Source: a virus
Lineage: Duplodnaviria > Caudoviricetes
DNA length: 61,861 bases
Direction: 5' to 3' (one strand)
Virus record (IMG/VR): IMGVR_UViG_3300020405_000676
Coordinates: 1 to 61,861 of that record
Shown here: positions 9,210 through 19,800 of the stretch, piece after piece
How positions within the stretch are numbered: position 1 is the first letter of the stretch
How the letters are laid out: the number at the start of each line of letters is the position of its first letter
The notes under the pieces: model-generated
What the model was told of the DNA's origin: nothing
Database searches by the model: none
The model's input: only the letters and a program-made list of their open reading frames with translations
Made by a program: the position numbers and the translations under genes

Positions 9210-10291
9210 CCTGTCATATATTCAGCAATTTTATCGTGCCAATTTACGCCATAATGAATAAGGTCTCTAGCACATGCATTCTTAATTTGTTCAGGTGTAT
9301 GTATATTTGGATCTACAATTTGTAATTCTTTTCCTAATATAGGTATATACATTTTTGTTAATGGAGGTGCAATTATATCCCAATTTATAAAATCTTTTAT
9401 TCCTTGAAATGTATTCTTTGCATACATTTTTAGTTCAATATCATGTGCTTTACAAAAATCTTCTATAGCAGATATTGTAATAGATGTGTACATATTTTTA
9501 GTTTCCATATTAATTGCAGTATGAATATGCTCAAATTCTTTCAAAAATACTTGTTGATAATGTACACCGCCTTCTATGATTCTTCTGTTACTAATGTGTG
9601 CTGTACGTTCACTATGTGGCACACAGACATAAGTTTTTTCAAACGGTTTTTGTTCATATAGTTGTCTTAATAAAAGATAAACTTCCATAGGACCACTTGC
9701 ACTTAGTCCACAATTAAAAATAGGTAAATTTTCTCCTATTTTATTCCACCATATATCCTTTTCTGCTGTACCTACTCCTTGTGTATGGCTACAACCAAAC
9801 ACAGGTATAAATTCATTTGGTACTAAATCTTCAAACTCCAAATCACTACGCAAACCAAGAGAGTTTATATTGTAAGTGATTGGATTTCCTTTATCATATG
9901 TTGACCACCATTCTTCTTCAGACATTCCTATATCTGTAAAGTTTCTAACAACTCTGTCTCTTATCTTTGCGTTGTTAGGTTCTTTTACTTCATCTCTTAC
10001 ATCTGAAAATGCTTCTAGCCATTTTTTTGTTGTAAAAGGAGTATCTAAAGAAAGATGTTTGTATTGTTTTGGTAAATCTTCTAAATGTATAGAGTAGTCT
10101 CTATGTCCAATAAGGTCATCCTTGTAAAATTGCCAAGAAGCAGGAACAAAATCCTCTTCTGTATAAATGTAATCTCCTATATGCATTCTTGTGATACCCG
10201 CTGTAAAGGCTTTCACAAAATCAGGAAAATCCATTCTTCTTTTTTCTAAAAATGGTGTTAGCAGTTTTTCGTATAATTCACTTTTTCTCAT
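9206..10291 (-). CDS. SGNH/GDSL-hydrolase-like protein (paralog of neighbour)
   Basis: NSLGLRS, VFGCSHTQG, N-x-G, C-terminal DLIH. Confidence 0.6.
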   Translation of the reverse strand: MRKSELYEKLLTPFLEKRRMDFPDFVKAFTAGITRMHIGDYIYTEEDFVPASWQFYKDDLIGHRDYSIHLEDLPKQYKHLSLDTPFTTKKWLEAFSDVRDEVKEPNNAKIRDRVVRNFTDIGMSEEEWWSTYDKGNPITYNINSLGLRSDLEFEDLVPNEFIPVFGCSHTQGVGTAEKDIWWNKIGENLPIFNCGLSASGPMEVYLLLRQLYEQKPFEKTYVCVPHSERTAHISNRRIIEGGVHYQQVFLKEFEHIHTAINMETKNMYTSITISAIEDFCKAHDIELKMYAKNTFQGIKDFINWDIIAPPLTKMYIPILGKELQIVDPNIHTPEQIKNACARDLIHYGVNWHDKIAEYMTG

Positions 10292-11415
10292 AGTACAACT
10301 CTATCCAAGTATTTATTTCCAGGCTCTTTAAATAAATTAGCGATATGGCTATGCCATGTTACACCGAAATGAACACAATCTCTGGCTACATGTTTTTGCA
10401 TTTCTGAGAGAGAATGTTTCTTAGGGTCAATAAACTTAATATTTTTTAATTCAAATGTGGCTGTACGCATTGAGTTTGGCACAGGCATTTCCCACTCTAT
10501 ACAATGTTTGAGATGTCCGTATGTAAAAGTTGCATAAATGTTTAACTCTATATCATTTATTTTACAAAAATCTAATAATGCACTATAACAAATACTTATA
10601 TACATGTGCCTTGATTCTGAATTAAAACATTGATTTAAGTGAAGCCACTCATCTAATGTGCTTTGATAAAACGATCCACCTTCGTGCCATCCTTTATTGC
10701 TTATGTGTGCTGTTCTTTCACAATGAGGTAAAACAGCATACGCCTTCTTGAAAGGTTTTTCTTTGTAAAGTTTTTTTAATGTAAGTAGTGTTTCTACAAC
10801 ACCATTAGATGACATTCCCATATTAAACCTAGGCAAGTCCTCATCAAGTTGATTGAACCATAAATTTTCATATCTAGTACCAAGTCCAAATGTATTACTG
10901 CAACCAAAAACAGGAATAAATTTATTTGGTTCCAAATCTTCAAATTCTAAATGACTACGCAAACCTATGGAATTTATTTGATAAGTTACATCCTCATAAT
11001 TTTTTCTCCAATTTTCTATACTCATTCCTACATTTAAAAGTTTGTCTAATGTTCGAAATTTTCTTTGTAAATAATCATGGTCTTTTAAATATTTTGAACG
11101 TGTTGCACTTTCTTCACGTAATGGTCTTCGGTAATCATAAATCATAGGAAGGTATGCTGAAGAATCCATATTTAATTGTGAATATGTTTTTGGGCAGTCT
11201 GCTAAATTAATACTGTATGCTTCATATTCTTCTTTGAACTCAGAAGAGGAGTACCTTTCTCTAATGTCTTCATGTAAATCTTCTACATCGTAAGGAGTAC
11301 TCCATGCATGTAAATGGCTTATCGAGCCTGTAAAAGTTTTCATATACTCAACAAAAGATAAATCTTCTTTCTTTTTGTACGGATTGGTAAGATTTTCTAG
11401 CAGAGAGGTTTTCAT
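10288..11415 (-). CDS. SGNH/GDSL-hydrolase-like protein (paralog of neighbour)
   Basis: NSIGLRS, VFGCSNTFG, N-x-G, C-terminal DCVH. Confidence 0.6.
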   Translation of the reverse strand: MKTSLLENLTNPYKKKEDLSFVEYMKTFTGSISHLHAWSTPYDVEDLHEDIRERYSSSEFKEEYEAYSINLADCPKTYSQLNMDSSAYLPMIYDYRRPLREESATRSKYLKDHDYLQRKFRTLDKLLNVGMSIENWRKNYEDVTYQINSIGLRSHLEFEDLEPNKFIPVFGCSNTFGLGTRYENLWFNQLDEDLPRFNMGMSSNGVVETLLTLKKLYKEKPFKKAYAVLPHCERTAHISNKGWHEGGSFYQSTLDEWLHLNQCFNSESRHMYISICYSALLDFCKINDIELNIYATFTYGHLKHCIEWEMPVPNSMRTATFELKNIKFIDPKKHSLSEMQKHVARDCVHFGVTWHSHIANLFKEPGNKYLDRVVL

Positions 11416-11434
11416 ACTAGTATTTATTTTTGAA

Positions 11435-11782
11435 TTATGTAGGTAGGTCTGCTTTTACGTCTTGCATTGCCTGGTCACCTGCCATAGAAGCAACATCTAC
11501 TTCAGGTTCTTCTTCAGCATCTGGCTCTGCCATATCATTTGGGATTTTGCCTTTAGGTGTAATTACTTCATCATCTACACTTTGTACAACATCCATGTCA
11601 TTTAATGTTTGTTTTAATTCGTCGGTGCTCAACAGAAAACCATCTTTTCCCATAAGGTCTCTAAAAACTTCTGTGGGGATTTCGTCCATATCACCGCCAA
11701 CTACTTGTGCAAGTCTATCTCTGATAGCAATTTGCAAGTCGTCGAAGTAACTTTCGAAAAGTATTACTTCACGGATTTTCAT
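11435..11782 (-). CDS. Hypothetical acidic protein, putative head-associated
   Basis: Begins MKIREVILFE. Confidence 0.75.
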   Translation of the reverse strand: MKIREVILFESYFDDLQIAIRDRLAQVVGGDMDEIPTEVFRDLMGKDGFLLSTDELKQTLNDMDVVQSVDDEVITPKGKIPNDMAEPDAEEEPEVDVASMAGDQAMQDVKADLPT

Positions 11783-11783
11783 G

Positions 11784-13058
11784 TTACACCTCAGGTGCTT
11801 CTACAGGTGCTCTACCTAGTGGCTCTTCTTCAGGTCCTGCCGCGGCTGGAACATTATCAACAGGTGCATCCATTGGTTCTTCAGCACCAAGTCCTGCATC
11901 CATCGGCTCGCTCATCATTGGAGATTCAACACCAGTTAGTTGTCCTATTACGGCATCCATTTGTTCTTTACTGCCTTTGTTAGCAACAAGTAATGCATCT
12001 AAGGCTGACTCAGCCTCTAATTTAATGCTTTGTGCCTGTTGGGCTCCGAACTCTGCACTTAATTGGTCTGCTATTGCAGGTAAGTCTTCGTTAATCATTC
12101 TGCCAATTCTTTCAATGTGACCTTGTACATCATCACTTAATGCTCTAAGTGCCATTACAACTTCTGCTTGTTCAACTTCAACTTCTTCTGCAATCATGTC
12201 GTTGATGATATCGTCAAACATACTTTCTTTTTTGGCTTGTTTTTCTTCATCGGAAGTGTCGCCAGTAATTTTATATGTTTTACCATCTACTTCAAATTCA
12301 TCTTTACCTGCCGCAATAGCATCTTTTCTAGCACCAGTAAATTTATTCTGTTCAGCAACTTTTTTACCAAACATTTGAATTCCACCTGCTACTGCTTCTT
12401 CTTCTAAACCGTTTAAGAAACCAACAACTGCATCTCTGCTTTTGCCACTGACTTCTGCAAACATATCTAATTTTTCTTCTATTGCTTTAAGGGTATCAAC
12501 ATCTTCAATTTCCATTCCAACTTCTTTCGCTAATTCTTTTAAGAGGTATTCATTTAGTTCAGTATCGGTAATTGCTCCTAAATTTTCTACTTCTTCACGT
12601 GTTCCGCATGAGGATTCCATGTAATCTTTTGCGGCTTTTAAAACTATCGGTAATACAAATTCATCATCATATGCATATCTAGAATCTTTTCTAAATCTAT
12701 TCATGCATTCTTTACTTGCTTCGTCCATTGTGTATCCACTGTCCATAAGTGATTGCACTTCTTGTACAAGATTGTCTTTCATTTCTTGCATTGCTGGACT
12801 TTCTGCATACATGCCTTCGTTAATCATAACGTTGATAACATCTCTAACGCCTAAAAACTTAGCATAGTCTGGATCTAAGTTGAATTTTTTATTTGTATTT
12901 CTGAGTCTAATAATATGTGACTCTGCTTTTTCTTTCACAGTTTCAAGTTTTTGCTTGGAATGGAAGCCTGCAACTTTTACACCATGATTTTCCTTAAGAT
13001 AAGAATTTATTTGCTTAATTCTTTCCTGAGGAGTTTGATTAAAATTTGTAATTTTCAT
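11784..13058 (-). CDS. Hypothetical acidic helical protein, putative head/core protein
   Basis: 424-aa ORF after late box 13091-13098; contains a small 'GKDEFEVDGKTYKI' module. Confidence 0.75.
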   Translation of the reverse strand: MKITNFNQTPQERIKQINSYLKENHGVKVAGFHSKQKLETVKEKAESHIIRLRNTNKKFNLDPDYAKFLGVRDVINVMINEGMYAESPAMQEMKDNLVQEVQSLMDSGYTMDEASKECMNRFRKDSRYAYDDEFVLPIVLKAAKDYMESSCGTREEVENLGAITDTELNEYLLKELAKEVGMEIEDVDTLKAIEEKLDMFAEVSGKSRDAVVGFLNGLEEEAVAGGIQMFGKKVAEQNKFTGARKDAIAAGKDEFEVDGKTYKITGDTSDEEKQAKKESMFDDIINDMIAEEVEVEQAEVVMALRALSDDVQGHIERIGRMINEDLPAIADQLSAEFGAQQAQSIKLEAESALDALLVANKGSKEQMDAVIGQLTGVESPMMSEPMDAGLGAEEPMDAPVDNVPAAAGPEEEPLGRAPVEAPEV

Positions 13059-13130
13059 GTCTTATCCCGATAAAGTTAAAATTATAAATGTATTTATCAA
13101 AAAGAACAAAAATGATGTAGAAAAAAATTA

Positions 13131-13592
13131 CTAGTAAGAGGTGTGTATGTGTGAATGTAAAGATTCTTTTGCATTTCTCAAAGACATAATGGCTATCTCT
13201 GCTCTACTTTCAGTAGAATAAAATTTTGTAGTGTCTTTTGTAGTTTTCATTGTGTGCTTGTAAAAGATTAAATCGTTGTAATGCTTAGTAACATGACGTT
13301 GATATCTATGCAATGCTTTTTCTATGATTAAAACAGTATTTGGTATCTTCTTTTTAGGTGTTGTAGATAATGTTTTAACAATTCTTCTAGCAGTTTCAGG
13401 TAACATTACGTCTTTGAAAACAGGTTGCCTAGAACTTGCTTCTACTATATCGTATAATCCTGTTTTTTTCTTTACAGAGAAGAATAAATTTTTAGATAAA
13501 ACTTTTTTAGTTGCTTGTTCTAACTTTTGTGCTACTTTGGATTTATCTATTTTATTTTTGTTGCGGGTAGATTTTAAATTTCGCTTTGCCAT
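13131..13592 (-). CDS. Hypothetical basic protein
   Basis: ORF in operon; start uncertain (13592 or 13598); overlaps upstream ORF. Confidence 0.65.
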   Translation of the reverse strand: MAKRNLKSTRNKNKIDKSKVAQKLEQATKKVLSKNLFFSVKKKTGLYDIVEASSRQPVFKDVMLPETARRIVKTLSTTPKKKIPNTVLIIEKALHRYQRHVTKHYNDLIFYKHTMKTTKDTTKFYSTESRAEIAIMSLRNAKESLHSHIHTSY

Positions 13593-13764
13593 TGTCATTT
13601 ACTCTTAATACTAACCCACGTTGTCTTAATTGTTGAGCAGTATGTAACTCATTTTCATTGAGCTCATACTCATATATACCTTTTTCATGAGATAATTTAT
13701 CAAAGAATTGAAATTCTTTTGAACTTACTACTGTGGGACCGTTTTTTGTAGATAATACTCTCAT
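13552..13764 (-). CDS. Hypothetical small protein
   Basis: 70 aa, starts immediately after the upstream stop. Confidence 0.65.
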   Translation of the reverse strand: MRVLSTKNGPTVVSSKEFQFFDKLSHEKGIYEYELNENELHTAQQLRQRGLVLRVNDNGKAKFKIYPQQK

Positions 13765-13765
13765 A

Positions 13766-13957
13766 TTATCTCTTAATTAATTTCGATTTTGTTTTTGGAC
13801 CTGGCTTCTTGTGTGCGTGTTTAGTCTTTTTAGGCTTTTTTGGTTTCTGTACAACACGTTGAACATCGTTAGCAATAGGTTTTACTACTGTCGCAACTGC
13901 TCCTGCACTCATTCCACCTACGGATGCTGTTTCATATATAATATCTGAAATCTTCAT
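13766..13957 (-). CDS. Small Lys-rich late protein
   Basis: MKISDIIYE leader, basic tail; late box at 13963-13970 only 5 nt upstream. Confidence 0.75.
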   Translation of the reverse strand: MKISDIIYETASVGGMSAGAVATVVKPIANDVQRVVQKPKKPKKTKHAHKKPGPKTKSKLIKR

Positions 13958-13965
13958 ACTTGTAT

Positions 13966-15186
13966 TTATCCATTTTTAAAAATTTTATCAAATTCCGGAT
14001 ACACTTTCAACCAAGAATCTAAATCTGCTTTTATATTATTCAAAATAAATTCTGAATTTTTATGAAATACCTCAAAATTGTGTTCTGCAATTTCTTTATT
14101 TAAGGAAATTATGTTATCCCATATAGCAGAATTATCTTTTTTAATGTATAATACTTCTAAATTATCAATTAAAATATCTATTTTTTGTAATAAATTTTTT
14201 TCTGTGTCAAATAATTCTACATTATCAAACAAATGATTGTATGTTTGATATCCCATCTGTTGTAAATGTTTATAAATTCTATCTGGTCCAACAATCATAA
14301 ACGGTTGTTTCATCATAATAGGTTTGAATACTTTTTCCGTAAAGAATAATTCTTTACCTATACTTGATTCTGTGATAATTTGTATATCACAGTCAAATAA
14401 TCCTTCAGTATCTCCTACACTTTTCATATGTACAACGTCATCATTTCTGTTGTCATACACTAAAGGATAAACATCTCGTAACTTTTCCAGATATGTAGTA
14501 CCTTTTTTAATATCATCTAAGTTAGTAAGATACTGTATTGCATTTGTTACAACTTCATCGAAAGGTACATCAGGCGAACTGAGAACATTATCATGTAAAT
14601 TATTATGTAATATTGCTCCTAGTAATAGTGTTCTGTGGGGTCTTGGAGCATTATTTAAACAGTTAAACAAATACTTTTTATTATTGTTAAATTCGTATTT
14701 TGTACCAATATCTAACTGCAACATGGTGTCTTCTTTGTAATTTCTTGTGTATAGAACGTCATATGTGTCGTATGCAAACGTTTTAAATATATCTGATATA
14801 TTGACACAACTATTGCCATAAAACACGTTAGATAGGGCGTAATGCGTTGTAACTTGGTGTATAAACTCAAATATGTTTTTGTCGCAATGACCTTCAGCAC
14901 TATTTTCAAACAATATTGTTGCATTTGGATTATCTGCTATGTAGTCAGGAAGAAGTGTGTGTATTAAATTAAATTGTTGCCAAGTATTAAAAATAACATC
15001 AGAAGCAAAACCATCCAATGAAATTACATGTAAAACAGGTAAATTATTATGTAGGTCTTCTGTCCACTCGAAAAAATCACTCATTCCAAAAAGTGTATCC
15101 ACAGAACTATCAGGAACATGTGATACATCATGTCCACATGCACTCATAAATTCTTTAAAAGGATTTTGTATTTTGGATATTTTCAC
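13966..15186 (-). CDS. Glycosyltransferase-like protein (GT10/fucosyltransferase-like motif)
   Basis: IITES...FFTEKVFKPI...PFMIVG...GY motif; LN...RPHR. Confidence 0.55.
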   Translation of the reverse strand: MKISKIQNPFKEFMSACGHDVSHVPDSSVDTLFGMSDFFEWTEDLHNNLPVLHVISLDGFASDVIFNTWQQFNLIHTLLPDYIADNPNATILFENSAEGHCDKNIFEFIHQVTTHYALSNVFYGNSCVNISDIFKTFAYDTYDVLYTRNYKEDTMLQLDIGTKYEFNNNKKYLFNCLNNAPRPHRTLLLGAILHNNLHDNVLSSPDVPFDEVVTNAIQYLTNLDDIKKGTTYLEKLRDVYPLVYDNRNDDVVHMKSVGDTEGLFDCDIQIITESSIGKELFFTEKVFKPIMMKQPFMIVGPDRIYKHLQQMGYQTYNHLFDNVELFDTEKNLLQKIDILIDNLEVLYIKKDNSAIWDNIISLNKEIAEHNFEVFHKNSEFILNNIKADLDSWLKVYPEFDKIFKNG

Positions 15187-15198
15187 AGTAGTATTTAA

Positions 15199-16887
15199 CT
15201 ACTTTTTCTTACGTCCGGACTTCATGTTGGCACACCAGTGATACATTTTTGACTTCTCACCACTGCTGTCTTTTGCTTTTTTGCGTAGACTTGTTACTGA
15301 ACCTTTACAACTTGCACCTGCACGTTTTACTCTGCCTGGACGACTTTTGCCTTTCTTTTTGCCGTCAGCAAAATTTTCTATAATCTCTGCTGGAATTACA
15401 TCTCTGCCAACACGTTTTGCTTGATACACTCTGTGAAAACCATCAAGTATTGTTTTGCCATCTACATCTAACAGTATTGGTTCATCTAAATCAACACCTA
15501 CATCTGGATCAACATCTATTACTCTACTAAAACGGTCATCATGTGCTTCGTCATCTAAGTCTGCTACTTTGACTTTGATTAGTTTGGTCTTTTTGCCTTT
15601 GATATAATCTTTAACAGCAGGATTTAGATTTCTTTCATCTAATTGTTCCAGTTCATCTATAAATGGTTGTGGGTCCATGTCTTGATTTTCAAACTCATCT
15701 ATAAAGTTTCTTAATTCAACTTGGTATGCTTTTTTTAAAATTCTTGGATCTTCGTTGCCAGTAAAGTTGCTAATCTTTTTTTTAACTGTATTCATATTGT
15801 CATCAAAGCCATGCTCTTCTTCTCTGTCTTGGCTCATATAGTCCCAAACATCTTTAAGCATTTTAACACCATTTATATTTACATACTCTCTTTTTACATA
15901 AGTGCCTGGAAAATTAATAACTTCTGCTTCTGACATTTTAGATTTAAGTAAATCTTTAAAATAGTTTTCCTGCATTACTGCTCTATCACTTGTTTTATCT
16001 TTGAATACATCCATTACTTTTTCTATGTCTGCGTCAACTATAATTGCAGGAACACGTTTAATACCTAGTATATTAGCGGCATCATATCTATGATGACCAT
16101 TTATCAAGTATCCTCTTCTATCTAAAATAAAAGGTCTGTCTACTTTTTTAAGAAATACGTCTTCTGCTTTTTTACTTAATCCATCTACACGTTGAGATTG
16201 TACAGGTTTTATTTTGTCTATACTAATTGTACCTTCTTTGTATTTTAAATCTGATTTATCTAAATGTTTTCTTCTAATTTGTGGCAATTGGTTTCTATCA
16301 AAATGTTTATCACTAACACCTCTATTATAACTTTCTTCTATACCTTTTCTTAAACGTATAACACCACAGGCAAGTCTTTCTCCTGCATTACCTGTTTTTA
16401 AACTTTCTTCATCTCCACCCAAACCTAAGTCATCTTCGTCTGCATGTATAACCATTGCTCTGCCTACAACACTTCGGTCACCACTCAAATCAACACGTCT
16501 TGCAACAATTTTGAATCTAGCAATACCTTGTTCATCTGCTACAATATTGCCTAAGTCGCCTACATGTCCTTGCATTAAGTCACCATGGTCAACTCCGTCT
16601 GGATTGTAATGACCTCCAGCACTATCACAACCATCACTAAGGTCGCCAAACTCATGTATATGTATTCCGTGTTTGCCAGGTTTAAGTCCTTTAATTTGTC
16701 CTCTGATTATTGTAGGTTTGTTTGGTTCTTGTTTTAAAACAATACCGCCTGATATATCGCCTTCAACATGTTCTAGTTGAACTACTGCTTTTACTATTTC
16801 TTCTGCTTCACTGATTGTGTTTAAAGATTCGCATTGGCAACTTTTTTCTTTTGTTCTAGGACAACTTTTGAATTCTGATGCTCTCAT
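15199..16887 (-). CDS. Cu/Zn superoxide dismutase fused to two ParB/Srx-like domains and a basic Cys module
   Basis: HGIHIHEFGD, SAGGHYNP, HVGDLGN, VIHADEDDLG, GNAGERLACG; LINGHHRY and ILDGFHRV. Confidence 0.9.
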   Translation of the reverse strand: MRASEFKSCPRTKEKSCQCESLNTISEAEEIVKAVVQLEHVEGDISGGIVLKQEPNKPTIIRGQIKGLKPGKHGIHIHEFGDLSDGCDSAGGHYNPDGVDHGDLMQGHVGDLGNIVADEQGIARFKIVARRVDLSGDRSVVGRAMVIHADEDDLGLGGDEESLKTGNAGERLACGVIRLRKGIEESYNRGVSDKHFDRNQLPQIRRKHLDKSDLKYKEGTISIDKIKPVQSQRVDGLSKKAEDVFLKKVDRPFILDRRGYLINGHHRYDAANILGIKRVPAIIVDADIEKVMDVFKDKTSDRAVMQENYFKDLLKSKMSEAEVINFPGTYVKREYVNINGVKMLKDVWDYMSQDREEEHGFDDNMNTVKKKISNFTGNEDPRILKKAYQVELRNFIDEFENQDMDPQPFIDELEQLDERNLNPAVKDYIKGKKTKLIKVKVADLDDEAHDDRFSRVIDVDPDVGVDLDEPILLDVDGKTILDGFHRVYQAKRVGRDVIPAEIIENFADGKKKGKSRPGRVKRAGASCKGSVTSLRKKAKDSSGEKSKMYHWCANMKSGRKKK

Positions 16888-19800
16888 TATAACGTACCTT
16901 TCTTAAGACTCAATTGAGCCCATTGCTCTCTACCAGCACCAGCCTGTGTAGGTATTATACTTATAGATGTTGCCATTGCATGACCACTACGTCTAAATGC
17001 AATTAAATCATTTTCATTTTTAATCATAGCAGTTTTTTGATTAGGAATACTTATCAAAAGCAATCCATCAAAATCATCTCTATCTTTATACCATAGGAAA
17101 TTTTGTTTGAGATATACATTCTCAATTTCTTCTGCGTTAGTATTGTTTGCTATTACATCTGCAATAGGACCAGCATAGTTTTCCATATCCATAGAAAATA
17201 AATCTAATGCAAGTTGTCTTCTAATTTTTTGATTGTCTGAATCTGTAGTTGGTAAATCTTGATTTATTCCATTTATAAATTTTGAAAATCCTAAACTTCC
17301 TCCAACGGAACCAATACTATCAACTACAGTTGGAATACGGTCTGCATATTTTTCTATTATGGCTCTTTTTGCTTTTTGGCTTCCGCCACCATAACCAATT
17401 CTTCCACCAGTACTACTAGTAGCCGCTTTTAATTCTACTTTACCAATACCTTCAATTTCTAAATCACCTTCACCAGATGCTAACCTTATCTTATTACTTA
17501 AACAGGCAAGTCCATATTCTCCTGGTCCTTTTTGATTTACACCAACACCGTATGCTGTTAATGAAACAAATGCTTTGGTGCTTATGTCATCACCGAATAC
17601 ATTTGCAAATGTGTTTAATGGCTTATCTAATTCTTGTATGTTTACAACTGTACCAGTCTTTTCTAATCTATCTATAAACTTGCTCATAGTACCATAATCA
17701 CTGTCTATGCTACCAATAATTTTTGTTACATCTTGTATAACTTTTGCTTTTTGTTTATCCGATAAAGGTTCATCCATCAAAGGAAAACTAAATGCTTTGT
17801 CTAATGTTTTACCTATATGTTCACTGTTGAGCAGTTTATAAATTCTATCTAACAAATTTGCATGTTGCTCATTTGTAGCATCTAATCCACTTATAGTTTT
17901 TATTATATTGTCTTTCTCGGTACTTAAATCTGTATATTCATTTAAAAGTTTAGTTATATGTTGTTTGCTCCATTCTTGCAAATTTACTTTTTTCTTTTCT
18001 TCTTCTGGCAAAGCATCAACATAAAATCTTAAAATGTTTCTAGCACATGCATCATCTCCTGCATCTGCTCTTAATTGTCTAAATGCATCTAGCATAGAAG
18101 GTAAAGGTATTGCCTGATATGCCAACATTTGTTTTTTCAAATCACCAACAGGAAAATGGTCTGCTAAAAGTTTGTTTATAATTTCAATTCTGTTAAAATC
18201 ATTAACACTTTCTTTTGCCATTTTAGTTGCTGTTGCGTACATAACTGCTTTGGCATCTTTACCATAACGTTTTTCAAAATCACCTTTAGACTTCTTCATG
18301 CCTTTTACATATTTTTCTTTGTCTTTCTTTTCGTCTTTTGTTAAAGGTCTTTCATTTACTTTGCTTTCTTTTTTCTTTTTGCCAGCACAATGAGCCTTTT
18401 GACTAAAGCCTTTTGGATTACTGCAATTGATACTTGCTTTGTATTTCTTACTCCACTTTTCTAATACTGTTGATTCATTTATAATACGCACCTGTTCTTC
18501 TAATGGTAATTTGTCAAACTTATCAAAAGCACTTTCTCTTCCAAGCATTCTTGCTCTGGCTTCTTGAGGATCAGGATTTTGACGTCGCAACGTCTCACGT
18601 TGCATTAATTGTCTACCTAAGGCTAAATGACCTTGGAAGTCATTTGGTGCTGAACCTTCTAATTTTTCTTTCATCATGCTTTTTAAAACAGCCTTTTTGA
18701 AATTTTCATCATTGTCTGGATTTTTAAGAAAATCTACTAATCTGTTTACGTCGGGTCTGACCATATAATTTTGCATACCCGCATTCATCATCCTATCAAA
18801 TTCAATATATTTGGATCTGACTGCTTCGTAATCTGCTTCTGTGGTGTTTTCGCCATCATTTCTGCCTCTTCTACTTGGTGGAGGTTGAGAGCCCGTATCA
18901 CCGTAAATAGCACCTACATCATCTCCAGGACTGCCGTCTGGATTTTTTCTAAAATAGTTGCCAGCACTTACTGTATAATTCATTTTGATATATTCTGCCG
19001 CGGCTTTTACAGATGCTACCCATCTTGGTAAACAACAAACTGTTGGATCTGGCTGTGGTCTCCATTCGTGGTCACCGTCAAATGTTCTAGCAACTTTCTC
19101 CAACATGTTTGGGCCTTGGTTGTCTATACCCTTTTCTATTTTAAGGAAGTTTGCCAAGTTGTTCCAATTTGCGGCATCTTGAATGCTGTTAGATGCTTGA
19201 CCATCCATGTGTTCAACGCCAGCGGCATCTATAATTTTTTGGTCTGCTATTACTTGTACACCTTTTGGTGTGCTTTCCATTACTTCTCTAATTGCTTTAT
19301 AGAAACCATTATTATTTTTTTCCATGTTTTGAACAACCATAGACTTAATCTTTTCTGATTCTGCACCATGGTACTTTTTAAAATCATATGCCGCAAGTGC
19401 TTTGGCTTCATTGCCTTCATCTAATATCCAATTAATAGCACTACTTCTATTTAAAGGCTCACCTGAATATTCATTTGCTAATTTTTTAGAAGGGATAAGT
19501 TCTTCGACATCTCCCATTCCTGCTCTGCCGTCTAATTTACCAGTGAATTCGATTTGCATTGATTCTGCAATGATGTTTCTATCTCTGCCATCTAGCATCT
19601 CATATTTTTCTTCATTTCTTAATGTTTTATAATGTATTTTATATGTATCACCAAACTTATCCATAAGTTTCACATAATTTTTTAATCGCCAGTTTTGACT
19701 CATATCACCAGTTTTTTGTCTTTTTTGGATTTGGTCCATTCCTTCTATAGCATCTTGCAATGGTCCCCAATGTGCGGATGGTACAACATAAAAGACTCCT

